A DNA stretch of 58,378 bases from a virus (Duplodnaviria; Caudoviricetes): positions 1-58,378 of the IMG/VR virus record IMGVR_UViG_3300032020_000004. One strand, 5' to 3'. Both the position numbers and the translations under genes were made by a program. This document shows positions 44,270 to 53,278 of this stretch, piece by piece. Below the pieces are notes generated by a model. That model was given only the letters and a program-made list of their open reading frames with translations. It did not search any database and was not told the DNA's origin. Positions within the stretch are counted from its first letter, which is position 1. Each line of letters begins with the position of its first letter.

Positions 44270-46678
44270 GTGATGGCTATTAAAGGCAAGAAGGGGGATG
44301 TCAGCCAGGTTATAGGTGTAACCGGCCTGAGAATATGGGGTGGTGTTCTCGGCGAAGAATATTTGGCGGTGCTGAAGGGAACTAGGAAGGTAAAGGTCTT
44401 CCGAGAGATGCAGGATGATGCCGTTATCGGCTGTCTGCTGGATGCTATCATAATGCCACTGATGGCTGCAGAATTTGAGACAGTGCCGGCAGGTGACGCT
44501 GAGAAGGATAAGCAGAATGCCGAGTTTCTCTGGCAGTGCATGAACGATATGACCAAGTATAGCTGGCGGCAGCATGTGCTAGATATGCTGGGCATGCTTG
44601 CCTGGGGCTGGGCGGCCTCAGAGATGGTGTTTAAGAAGAGGTTGGGTCAGGATTCTGATAGACCGTCTCAGTATAATGATGGTAAGCTGGGCTTCCATAT
44701 TCTTGACCCGCGTGGGCAGGAGACGCTGGACAAGTGGAAGATGGATGATGAGTTTAATGTTGAGCTCATGGTGCAGAAAGACCCGAACAGCAGTCAGCTG
44801 ATTGAGATAGAAAGCTGGAAGTTGCTTCATGCCACATTCCGGTCTAGGAAGAGGTCGCCAGAAGGTTTAAGCCCGTTAAGGTCGCTGTATCGTGAGTGGT
44901 ATACCAGAAAGAACTTGGAGGTCATAGAGGCCATCGGCGCTGAGCGTGACCTATGTGGCTTGCCGGTGTTCCGTCTGCCGTATGGTGCTTCTGATGCTGA
45001 CAAGGTGGCAGCGGAGTTATTGATCCGTAATCTCCGTCAGGATGAGGAAGCAGGTCTGGTTTTACCTCCACCCCCAAGTCCGGATGCCAATGTTTCGAAG
45101 TGGGAGTTTGAGCTGATTAGTTCGCCAGGGCAGAAGCAATTTAATGTGCGTGAGATAATCAGAGACTTGAACAAGGTGATCCTGATGAGATTTTTTGCCC
45201 AGTTCTTATTGCTGGGTATGGAGAAAGTAGGCACGCAGGCACTGGTTGAAGGCTCTCAGGACTTTTTCAGCTTGGCGTTGACGTCTGTCCAGCAAGAGCT
45301 TCTGGAGACTTGGAATCAGCAGTTAGTGCCGTTACTGTTTGCTATGAATCCGCAGATGCTCTCCGGCGCTTCAGGGATGCCGACGATAGATTGGGCTGGT
45401 CCTGGTAGCAAGGATGTACAGAGGGTTGTGACCATGGCTAAGGATATGGTGGCGGCTCAGCTTCTGACTCCGGAAGAGAAGCTGGAGGATTATTTGAGGA
45501 CGATCACAGGACTCCCAGACAGGCCCGAAGGTATTGGTCAAGGTCCCCGGTCGCCAGTGGCACCGCCAATGCCAGGCTTGCTGTCCTATGAGTGGTATGA
45601 GTTGCCTGATGGTAGCTGGCTGGCCAGACCGAAGAAGGAGAAGATTCAGCTACATGCTCAGCCTGATGTTGGCGATGTGCATATTCCAACAGCAATAAAG
45701 AGGAAGAGGCGTGACCACTGTATGCTCTGTGAGGAGCCGCCGATTGTTGAGGTGCTCTGGGCTGAAGGTATGGCGCGGGCTTGGTTCTGTGCTGCCTGCT
45801 ATAAGGAGTGGAAGGCTGAATCGGAGACACATGAGGTTGTCGAAGAGCGAAAGGTTGAAGGCGGGACTGTGCCTCAGCGGTGGGCAGGCTATGAACAGGA
45901 GGTTGATGAGGTTGCCAGCTTTGTTGATGTGGCCGGCATAAAGGGAAGGCGTGGCAGTTCGAAGATTGGCAAAGCGACGAATGAGTATCAGGGGCTGCTG
46001 ACCAATATCTATGACCGGTGGGCTAAGACAGCCCAAAAAGCTATTCTGGTGGCTGATGAGGCTGGTGCAAAAGGCAAGGAGCTGACGAAGGTGATTGATA
46101 AGCAGCTGCTGGCGTTAGCCAAGGGGCTGAAGGCTGCAGCTCAGAAGCATATTGGTGAGGCGTTCCGTCTTGGTATGAAAGGTCAGCTTGACCGGCAGGC
46201 AGAGAAGCTGTTGGAGAAGCAGGTAGAGCAGAATAGTAAGTTTGTTGATGAGAGTCTGATCCCGAGAATCAGAGAAAAGATTGTAGCGCACTTGGATGAG
46301 CTCAAGGAAAAGCATCAGTACCAGCTTGATGCAGTTGGTTTGCTCGGGTTGCTGGTGTCGATGAGAAGTGAGCCGGTAGGCTTTGCTGGCGCTTTCTGGA
46401 GTGGTATTTTTATAGGTGCAGGCTTGAATAGGCAGCGAGAAGATAAGAAGAGAATAGAGGAGGGCATGAAGCCGCGGCGTGTAAGGTGGGTTCTTGACCC
46501 TGCGGCTGAGCACTGCCAAAAGTCGGCTCATGGTCATGGTTGTCCGGACCTGGCTGGTGAGTATGAGAGCTGGGAAGATATGCCAACAGTGCCAGCGGGA
46601 AGCGTGACCTGCTTGGGAAATTGCCGTTGTAGAATCATGATAGAAAATGATTCAGGAGAGTGGGAATATGCTGCTTAA
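44270..46678 (+). CDS. Portal protein (Mu gp29/DUF935-like) fused to a MuF-like minor head domain
   Basis: Follows terL; PEGLSPLRSLY and IGAERDLCGLP portal motifs; C-terminal RWVLDP.AEHC...C.GNCRC. Confidence 0.88.
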   Translation: MMAIKGKKGDVSQVIGVTGLRIWGGVLGEEYLAVLKGTRKVKVFREMQDDAVIGCLLDAIIMPLMAAEFETVPAGDAEKDKQNAEFLWQCMNDMTKYSWRQHVLDMLGMLAWGWAASEMVFKKRLGQDSDRPSQYNDGKLGFHILDPRGQETLDKWKMDDEFNVELMVQKDPNSSQLIEIESWKLLHATFRSRKRSPEGLSPLRSLYREWYTRKNLEVIEAIGAERDLCGLPVFRLPYGASDADKVAAELLIRNLRQDEEAGLVLPPPPSPDANVSKWEFELISSPGQKQFNVREIIRDLNKVILMRFFAQFLLLGMEKVGTQALVEGSQDFFSLALTSVQQELLETWNQQLVPLLFAMNPQMLSGASGMPTIDWAGPGSKDVQRVVTMAKDMVAAQLLTPEEKLEDYLRTITGLPDRPEGIGQGPRSPVAPPMPGLLSYEWYELPDGSWLARPKKEKIQLHAQPDVGDVHIPTAIKRKRRDHCMLCEEPPIVEVLWAEGMARAWFCAACYKEWKAESETHEVVEERKVEGGTVPQRWAGYEQEVDEVASFVDVAGIKGRRGSSKIGKATNEYQGLLTNIYDRWAKTAQKAILVADEAGAKGKELTKVIDKQLLALAKGLKAAAQKHIGEAFRLGMKGQLDRQAEKLLEKQVEQNSKFVDESLIPRIREKIVAHLDELKEKHQYQLDAVGLLGLLVSMRSEPVGFAGAFWSGIFIGAGLNRQREDKKRIEEGMKPRRVRWVLDPAAEHCQKSAHGHGCPDLAGEYESWEDMPTVPAGSVTCLGNCRCRIMIENDSGEWEYAA

Positions 46679-47396
46679 AAGAGGTCGTGAAATTGGGATT
46701 AAGTCTGGCGATTTATATGTTAAGGCATCCTGTATCAATTGTGGCCTAGAGAGATGGGTTAAGAAGGCGGATTTCGATGCTGGCAAACAGCAGTATTGCA
46801 AAAAGTGCTATCTAGCCCCGAAGATAGAAGGTGACCGCAAACGGATATTGGCTGAGCATCCTGATATAAAGGATGTTAAGCATAGTTCTGAATTGGGTAA
46901 ATCTGGGGATTGTTTATATGTTTTGGTCGAATGTCCTGAGTGCGGTAAACCAAAATGGATGAGGAAATCTGCTTATGAACGTGGTATAAACCTGTTATGT
47001 CGCTCTTGTGGTGGCCGTCAGGGTATGAATAAACGAGGCAGATACGGCTGTAAAAAGCATCAAGGCTATGTGATGGTTACTGTGCATCCAAATGACCCGA
47101 TGCGAGTTATGGCTCATAAGAGTGGCTGGGTGTTGGAGCACCGATTGATCATGGCTCGACATCTTGGCAGGCCTTTGCTGAAAGGTGAGCAAGTGCACCA
47201 TAGACCGGATGTAGCCAAAGACGACAACCGAATAGAAGGACTTTACCTAATGCCTGACCTTGCCGCCCATGCTAGGCTACTTCCTTGTGCAAATTGTGAG
47301 CTGAAAAAAGAGATCCGTTTACTGCGCTGGCAGATTAAGGAACAGAATGAGCAAATTAAGAATTTGACTTCTCTTTTGATGCTGAGGGAGGAATAA
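46647..47396 (+). CDS. HNH homing endonuclease with duplicated Zn-ribbon N-terminus
   Basis: WVLEHRLIMA and QVHHR...KDDNRIE motifs; paralogue of 16438-17019. Confidence 0.9.
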   Translation: MIQESGNMLLKRGREIGIKSGDLYVKASCINCGLERWVKKADFDAGKQQYCKKCYLAPKIEGDRKRILAEHPDIKDVKHSSELGKSGDCLYVLVECPECGKPKWMRKSAYERGINLLCRSCGGRQGMNKRGRYGCKKHQGYVMVTVHPNDPMRVMAHKSGWVLEHRLIMARHLGRPLLKGEQVHHRPDVAKDDNRIEGLYLMPDLAAHARLLPCANCELKKEIRLLRWQIKEQNEQIKNLTSLLMLREE

Positions 47397-47399
47397 GAT

Positions 47400-47588
47400 A
47401 TGGCAGATGCTGAAATTCGTTGTAGGAAATGCGGCAAGCTCCTAGCTAAGGATGTTGAAGGCGTACTGGAAGTGATGAATGGCAATAAGGCTATCAGGGT
47501 GTATGGGGCTGTAGCGGTGGCTATTGATTGCCCACGTTGCGGAGCCACTGTTGATTTGCCCCGTAAATTGCCACTGAGGAGTAAGTAA
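47400..47588 (+). CDS. Mu Com-like Zn-ribbon regulator
   Basis: EIRCRKCGKLLAK...IDCPRCG matches the Com pattern IRCxxCxKLL...CPRC. Confidence 0.75.
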   Translation: MADAEIRCRKCGKLLAKDVEGVLEVMNGNKAIRVYGAVAVAIDCPRCGATVDLPRKLPLRSK

Positions 47589-47589
47589 G

Positions 47590-47811
47590 TTGCCGAGCAG
47601 GAAGTGGCGGTTAGGTATATTGATACTGTGCCGGAAGTGTGGCCAGCCTGGAGGCACGTTAAAGAGGATTGATAAAGGCGTTTATGAGCATGAGCAGTGT
47701 CCGGTTGTTAAACCGAAGGCGAGGAAAAGTAGTCTTGTAGTTGCTAGTAGCCCACTGGTGACAGCGCGGCGCAAACTGCCACCCGGGCTGTTGCGGACAG
47801 GTCATTCTTGA
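47590..47811 (+). CDS. Small Zn-binding protein
   Basis: CRKCGQPGGTL...YEHEQCP. Confidence 0.5.
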   Translation: MPSRKWRLGILILCRKCGQPGGTLKRIDKGVYEHEQCPVVKPKARKSSLVVASSPLVTARRKLPPGLLRTGHS

Positions 47812-47836
47812 CAAGAAATCACGGAGGTGTTATAGT
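47808..47836 (+). promoter_or_regulatory. Sigma70 promoter of the head operon
   Basis: TTGACA-17 bp-TATAGT with TG. Confidence 0.88.
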
Positions 47837-47842
47837 AGTACT

Positions 47843-47923
47843 AATTTAATAAGAGGCTAGAAGCCCGGAGCCGATAGAGGCTGGAAGCCCGACTTGCGGT
47901 ATTGTGAGTCGGGCTTTTGTTTT
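47843..47923 (+). ncRNA. Leader/attenuator RNA, copy 2, ending in an intrinsic terminator
   Basis: AGAGGCT(A/G)GAAGCCCG x2 flanking GAGCCGAT; terminator AAGCCCGAC...GTCGGGCTTTTGTTTT. Confidence 0.75.
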
Positions 47924-48022
47924 GCTCACTGAAGATGGTGGAAGGCCAGGCTTGAAGGTGTAGGCGGGAGCCAGTTTCTAGGGCTGGCAGTAAGTGGGCA
48001 TAGTGGCAGTAGGAGGTGATCG

Positions 48023-49894
48023 ATGCCGTTCGCAGGCTATCCTAATTTTGCTGCTTGTGTAGCTGATAAGCAGGGTAAGGCTGATGACCCTGCAGCGCTG
48101 TGTGCTTGGTTAGAACATGAGACGACAGGCAAGTGGCCAGGTGAGATGACGCAGGGTCTGCCGGCTGGTATCAAGGATAAGTTCTGGCAAGCCTTTGGTG
48201 GATACATGGATAATGAGAAGAATGAGGCAAAGGCTATGGAGTTTGCGGTAAAAGCAGTTGCTGATGCTGGCTGGGTCTGGCAGAAGCATGGCTGGGCTCG
48301 TAAGGCTGAGCACAAGATGCAGATGCAGGCAGTGTTAGGCGTCCCGATATTTGCTACGGGCACGCATAATGACGAGAAGTATACGGCTGCCGACCTGAAG
48401 GAGATGGTCACAGCTTTTAAGGAACTCAAGGGAATACTGGACCCACCGGTGAAGATTGGGCATACCAGCGATGAATTTAACCGAGCTCTTGCCGAAAAGA
48501 TGGGCATAGAGCCAGAGCTTATAAAAGGCGAAAATGGCAATGGCGTGATGGCGTTTGGCTGGATAGATGACCTGCGTGTGTCCGGTAATGTTTTGTATGC
48601 TGACCTGGCTGATGTTCCGCAGCCAGTTGCCGAACTGATTGAGAGTAAGAGCTACAATAAGGTCAGTGCTGAGGTGATGTTTGATTTTAAGCACAAGGAT
48701 AAGACGTATCCCAAAGTGTTGTGCGGACTGGCGTTGCTTGGAGCTGAGTTGCCGGCTGTTCGTGAAAGTGGTTTAGAGACAGCGGCTGTTTATATGGTGA
48801 CCCGAGAGCCTGATTCGGTGATTGAGTTTGCCCTGGACTTGGATGCCGATGTTACGTTCGAGATGCTGCAGCCAGCAATGACTGATATTGAGGAGGCGAT
48901 TGAGAGGCAGATGAAGGGCAAGGCAGGCGTCAGTATAATCCGAGCTATGTGGAAGGAGGTGAAAGGTAAGGTAAAACACATGCTGGAGGCAAAGAAGCAC
49001 AGCATGGGTGACATTCCGCCTGAGATTCAGGCGTATGCAGATGCAAATTTCCAAGGCAATGTCGAAGGCCTGATTAGATGGGCTGGTGAGGTGGGCTTCA
49101 ATGGTTGCGTGAGTGCGGTTTCAGGTAAAGAGGGTATTACTGACCCTGAACGCTTATGCGGATGGCTGAAGGCGCAAGCACGTGAACGTGGATGGCTTTC
49201 ACCGGCACACCAGTCATTAGAAAAAGGAGAGGAGGTCCAGAACATGAACAAGGAATTTTTGAAGGCTTTGGGGCTGGCCGAGTCTGCTAAGGATGAGGAT
49301 GTTATGGCAGCACTGAAGAAGCTCCAGGACGGAAAGGTCGATTTGACAGCATTGTTTACCGCTCTTGGCTTGCCACCCGAGGCAACTCTTGAGGATGCGG
49401 TCAAGGCAATCGGTGCTCTAAAGGAGCAGGCTGCTGCCGCTGTTAGTGGTGCGACAAAGCAGTTCAGCGATAGAGTTACCCAGCTCGAGAAGGATAACAA
49501 GGCGCTGAAGCGCGAGAACCGCAAGGCTTATTTTAAGGAGATTGCTGCTGGGCTGAAGGCAATCAGCGGCACTCCGGATGAGCTCGCCGAAGAGCTTGTC
49601 AGCCTTGAGGAGTCTGCTGGTGAGGAGACAGTCAAGAAAATCCTGGCACGGTATCAGGACCAGAATAAGCGTTTGATTGCCGCCGGCGTGTTCAAGGCCA
49701 AGGGCACTTCTGCAGCGGGTGGTGAAGAGGAAGACCATGAGTTCCTCAAGAAGGTGAAAGCGCATATGCAGGAGAAGCATGTAGACGAGGCAACAGCGCA
49801 GGCTGTAATCCGCAAGGCTGAGCCTGTTCTGTTCAAGGACTACATGGCCACGAGAAAAATCGTTACCCGAGCTGTCGAAGGCAGCGAGGACTAA
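48023..49894 (+). CDS. Prohead protease/scaffold (Mu gpI-like) with extra N-terminal domains
   Basis: PVKIGH, AFGWI, YNKVSAE and LALLGAELPAV motifs; coiled-coil C-terminal scaffold. Confidence 0.88.
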   Translation: MPFAGYPNFAACVADKQGKADDPAALCAWLEHETTGKWPGEMTQGLPAGIKDKFWQAFGGYMDNEKNEAKAMEFAVKAVADAGWVWQKHGWARKAEHKMQMQAVLGVPIFATGTHNDEKYTAADLKEMVTAFKELKGILDPPVKIGHTSDEFNRALAEKMGIEPELIKGENGNGVMAFGWIDDLRVSGNVLYADLADVPQPVAELIESKSYNKVSAEVMFDFKHKDKTYPKVLCGLALLGAELPAVRESGLETAAVYMVTREPDSVIEFALDLDADVTFEMLQPAMTDIEEAIERQMKGKAGVSIIRAMWKEVKGKVKHMLEAKKHSMGDIPPEIQAYADANFQGNVEGLIRWAGEVGFNGCVSAVSGKEGITDPERLCGWLKAQARERGWLSPAHQSLEKGEEVQNMNKEFLKALGLAESAKDEDVMAALKKLQDGKVDLTALFTALGLPPEATLEDAVKAIGALKEQAAAAVSGATKQFSDRVTQLEKDNKALKRENRKAYFKEIAAGLKAISGTPDELAEELVSLEESAGEETVKKILARYQDQNKRLIAAGVFKAKGTSAAGGEEEDHEFLKKVKAHMQEKHVDEATAQAVIRKAEPVLFKDYMATRKIVTRAVEGSED

Positions 49895-49912
49895 CAGGAA
49901 GAGGTGAAATAG

Positions 49913-50299
49913 ATGGCAAACAATATTGATGGACCTGAGATCACCCTGAAGGCATACGGCGACCTGTCCGCTTACCAGTTCCATATTATGAAGGTCGGCA
50001 CGGATGGCAAGGCTAATCTGGCAACTGACCCAGATGACCATACGGCCTGCATGATTGGGATACTCCAAAACAAGCCCGATGCTGCAGATGAACCGGCAGT
50101 GGTTAGAATTGAGGGAGTTGCTAAAGTAGTGGGTGGGGCTACAATTGCTGCCGGCACAAAGGTGACATGCGATGGTGACGGCCACCTGGCCGCGGCAGTT
50201 TCTGGCGATAATGTCATTGGCATTGCGCTTGAAACTGCTGGTAGCACTAAAATCACCCAAATCTTGCTGTGCCATGGCTCGACTATAAGCGACGCCTAA
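49913..50299 (+). CDS. Capsid decoration/cement protein (DUF2190-like)
   Basis: IGILQNKP, G..KV..G..IAAG and IGIALE motifs. Confidence 0.85.
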   Translation: MANNIDGPEITLKAYGDLSAYQFHIMKVGTDGKANLATDPDDHTACMIGILQNKPDAADEPAVVRIEGVAKVVGGATIAAGTKVTCDGDGHLAAAVSGDNVIGIALETAGSTKITQILLCHGSTISDA

Positions 50300-50328
50300 G
50301 TTTAAGAGAGAGGAGGAGGTGAAATAAA

Positions 50329-51270
50329 ATGGCACAACCAACACCGAGTGATGTCCATATTGATGCTGCGTTAAGCAACATCTCGATAGCCTACCGGAAT
50401 GACAGCTACGTGGCTCAAAAGGTATTCCCGATTGTCCAGGTAGACAAGCAGTCAGACAAGTACTTCATATTTAGCAAGGCGTTCTGGTTCCGCAACAGTG
50501 TGGAGCGCAGAGGCCCCGGCTCTCGGTATGCGGAAGGTGGACTTGAGTTGAGCAGCACCAATTACGAGTGTATCAACAAGGGTCTGAGCTTCCCGCTGCC
50601 CTGGGAATCGATTGAGAACCAGGATGCAGCGATTGACCTTGAGTCTGACGGCGCTGAGTGGCTGGCTGACCAGTTCCAGCTGGACCGGGAGATAGCCCTG
50701 GCTGCCAAGATCTTCAATGCTTCTGCTTGGGGCACGACAGCTGGGCTGTCAGGAACCAGTATGTGGAGCGACTATGCCAACAGTGACCCGATTAGCAACA
50801 TCGAGACAGCGAGGGAGACGGTTAAGAAAGCAATTGGCCGTTACCCCAATGTCATGCTGATGGGCGCTGAGGTATGGGATAAGCTCAAGTTCCATCCTGA
50901 CCTGCTTGATATCTACAAGCACACGTCGGTTGCTGTTCTGACCCCTGACCTGGTGGCTAAGGTCTTCGATGGCATTGAGCAGCTGCTAATCGGCAATGCG
51001 ATTTACAACAGCACTGCTGAAGGCGTTGCTTTCAGTGGTGGCTATATCTGGCCGAAGAATGTGTTGCTGCTCTATGTGCCGAAGAGCCCGAGCATCCGAA
51101 CACCGGCAGCTGGCTACACCTTTGTCTGGAAGCAGAATGGCTATGCCATCGCTATCGAGCGTGTGGAAGAGCGTCTGCGAAAGAGGGATGTGTTGCTGGC
51201 TGACCATGCCTTTGACCAGAAGGTGGTCGGCAGCGACTGCGGCTATGAGATCACAACTGCAGTAGCATAA
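50329..51270 (+). CDS. Major capsid protein (lambda gpE-like)
   Basis: DVHIDAALSNISIAY, FPIVQVDKQSDKY and WSDYANSDPI motifs. Confidence 0.93.
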   Translation: MAQPTPSDVHIDAALSNISIAYRNDSYVAQKVFPIVQVDKQSDKYFIFSKAFWFRNSVERRGPGSRYAEGGLELSSTNYECINKGLSFPLPWESIENQDAAIDLESDGAEWLADQFQLDREIALAAKIFNASAWGTTAGLSGTSMWSDYANSDPISNIETARETVKKAIGRYPNVMLMGAEVWDKLKFHPDLLDIYKHTSVAVLTPDLVAKVFDGIEQLLIGNAIYNSTAEGVAFSGGYIWPKNVLLLYVPKSPSIRTPAAGYTFVWKQNGYAIAIERVEERLRKRDVLLADHAFDQKVVGSDCGYEITTAVA

Positions 51271-51292
51271 CCGAAAACAGAATAGATGCAGT

Positions 51293-51308
51293 GTTGTAGC
51301 GCTGCAAA
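51293..51308. promoter_or_regulatory. 16-bp palindromic site after the major capsid gene
   Basis: GTTGTAGCGCTGCAAA, intergenic. Confidence 0.65.
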
Positions 51309-51326
51309 CGGAAGGAGGTTTCCGAT

Positions 51327-51617
51327 ATGAAGTTCGAGGTGCTAAAGCCGTTTACTTGGGCAGGGCAAGACCTGAAGGTGGGTGAGACTTTGGAGATTCC
51401 AGATGAGTCTCCGAAGATTGGCTCGCTTGCTAGGTCAAAGTTTATTCGTGTTGCAAGCGCCCTGCCCAAGTTTGTTTCCAAAGAGCTACCAAAGGTCGAA
51501 GAGGTAGTTCAGGAGATGGGATCCGAGGAGAAGGGCCGGTCTGTTGAGGTGGCTGCTACTCGGGACCCGAAAGAGATAATTCGCCAGGCGAAAGCCAAAG
51601 CCGCTGCTAAAAAGTAG
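51327..51617 (+). CDS. Small head-associated protein
   Basis: VLKPF...LKVGETLE pattern; follows the capsid gene. Confidence 0.65.
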   Translation: MKFEVLKPFTWAGQDLKVGETLEIPDESPKIGSLARSKFIRVASALPKFVSKELPKVEEVVQEMGSEEKGRSVEVAATRDPKEIIRQAKAKAAAKK

Positions 51618-51651
51618 CGGCAATCTGAGGTGAGGAGGAGGAAAAAATAAA

Positions 51652-53010
51652 ATGCAGAGATGGCGAGGGACTCATGTTTTTGACCAGGTGAGGCTGTCTG
51701 ATGACAAGTATCTGAAATTTGGAGACAGCCAGGATTTCACCATTCGCTGGGATGGCACGAATAACCGGTTGGAGTTGTCCAGAGCGGCTAATACGCTGAC
51801 TGACCCGGGCCGGCAGATTTATGCCAGCTTCACAGCGACTGGTGCAGTGGCTTCAGGGAAGTCGCTAACTGGCATCCAGATTAGTGCCACGTTCAATGGT
51901 ACTGGCAATAATGGCAGTGTGACGGCGGCTGAGTTCAAGGCTCGGCATACGACAGGCAACGCAGCGACGGTAGTCCAGCTGAGGGGCGTAGTCGGCAACG
52001 CCGATGCCAAGAACGGCATTGTGACGACAGCCTATGCCGTTGAGGGGTCGATTGATGTCAGTGCCGGCGGCTCGGTTGGCACCAGTGCTTGTTTCCATGG
52101 CAACCTGAACAACAGCGGTACGGTGACCACCAGCTACGGCGTGTTCGTGGAGGGTGTCTCAGGCAACAACTTGACCAAAGGTATCTTCATGCAGTACGTC
52201 ACCACAGGCGTTGGTATCAGCGCTGCGACAACTGGTATCGACATCGGTAATGTCACGACCGGTATCACGTTCACAGGGACGATAGGTGTAGCGATTACAT
52301 TTGCCAGCACCACCCTGACGCCTGATTCTACTAGGAGTAACTGTGCTCTCGGCATAGGTACTCGGGCAACTGAAAAAGATATCACAATGGCTGCTGCTGC
52401 TACTCAACATCTTGACCCGATTCAAATGAACCTCAATATCATCGGAGCTAATCCTACTGGGTCAAGCACAGTCAATGGTATTTATCAGTTGATCACTCAC
52501 GATACCACTGATATGACTAACCTGAGACTAAAGTGTGCTGACTGGAATGTAGTTATTAAAAAGGATGTCTTAGATGCCTATGTTTTTCAAGGCGAAATAG
52601 ACTTCAATGCTTCGGGTATTGCCGTAGGCAATGAGGCTTGTGTTGTAGGCTTGGTGCTAGATGCTGGGGCAAATGCTGTTACCGCCTCCGAGGGATGGAG
52701 AGGTCTAAGTATAACCCTGCGTGGTGCTGGAACTCCTGCCAATTCACAGGCAATACTCATAGATGGCGCAAGTGATATCACTGTAAGAGAGGGAATATGG
52801 ATAATGGGTGGGGGCATAACTGCTGCCATTCGGCTTGCAAGAGTAGATAATTATGCAAACAGTCCCATCAACCTTTTAGCCCTCCCTCCAGCAGGATATA
52901 CTCCAGTATCAAGTCATGGTGGCATTGCCAATGGTGGCACAGTTGTTAAGATAGCTTGCTTGGTGGGGACTACTCCCTACTACCTTCTAGCAAGCACCGC
53001 ACCTGCATAA
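51652..53010 (+). CDS. Beta-rich Gly/Thr/Ala virion protein (head fibre-like)
   Basis: DDKYLKFGDSQDFTIRWDG N-terminus and TTGIxI repeats. Confidence 0.7.
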   Translation: MQRWRGTHVFDQVRLSDDKYLKFGDSQDFTIRWDGTNNRLELSRAANTLTDPGRQIYASFTATGAVASGKSLTGIQISATFNGTGNNGSVTAAEFKARHTTGNAATVVQLRGVVGNADAKNGIVTTAYAVEGSIDVSAGGSVGTSACFHGNLNNSGTVTTSYGVFVEGVSGNNLTKGIFMQYVTTGVGISAATTGIDIGNVTTGITFTGTIGVAITFASTTLTPDSTRSNCALGIGTRATEKDITMAAAATQHLDPIQMNLNIIGANPTGSSTVNGIYQLITHDTTDMTNLRLKCADWNVVIKKDVLDAYVFQGEIDFNASGIAVGNEACVVGLVLDAGANAVTASEGWRGLSITLRGAGTPANSQAILIDGASDITVREGIWIMGGGITAAIRLARVDNYANSPINLLALPPAGYTPVSSHGGIANGGTVVKIACLVGTTPYYLLASTAPA

Positions 53011-53059
53011 ACTTCAAGGGCTTTGGGGGTGAGCCTTAATCACCCCAAAGGAGGCTGAG

Positions 53060-53188
53060 ATGGCGGAGAAGAAGTATAAAGTCTGTCCGAAGTGTGGCGA
53101 CAAGATTCTGGCTGAAAGCCCGAAGACCGTCTGTGACGTCTGTGATGTAGAGTACGTCCCCGAGGTCAAGAAGAAAAAGAAGAGGTAG
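53060..53188 (+). CDS. Small Zn-ribbon protein (42 aa)
   Basis: CPKCG...CDVC; AAGGAGG RBS. Confidence 0.65.
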   Translation: MAEKKYKVCPKCGDKILAESPKTVCDVCDVEYVPEVKKKKKR

Positions 53189-53278
53189 GCAGCTGACTGC
53201 CTAAGAAAATCTTAGATTGGGGCGGTGGTTGCTGTTGGGTGGTCACCGCCCCAAGTGCTATCAGCAAAGGAGGCTGAA

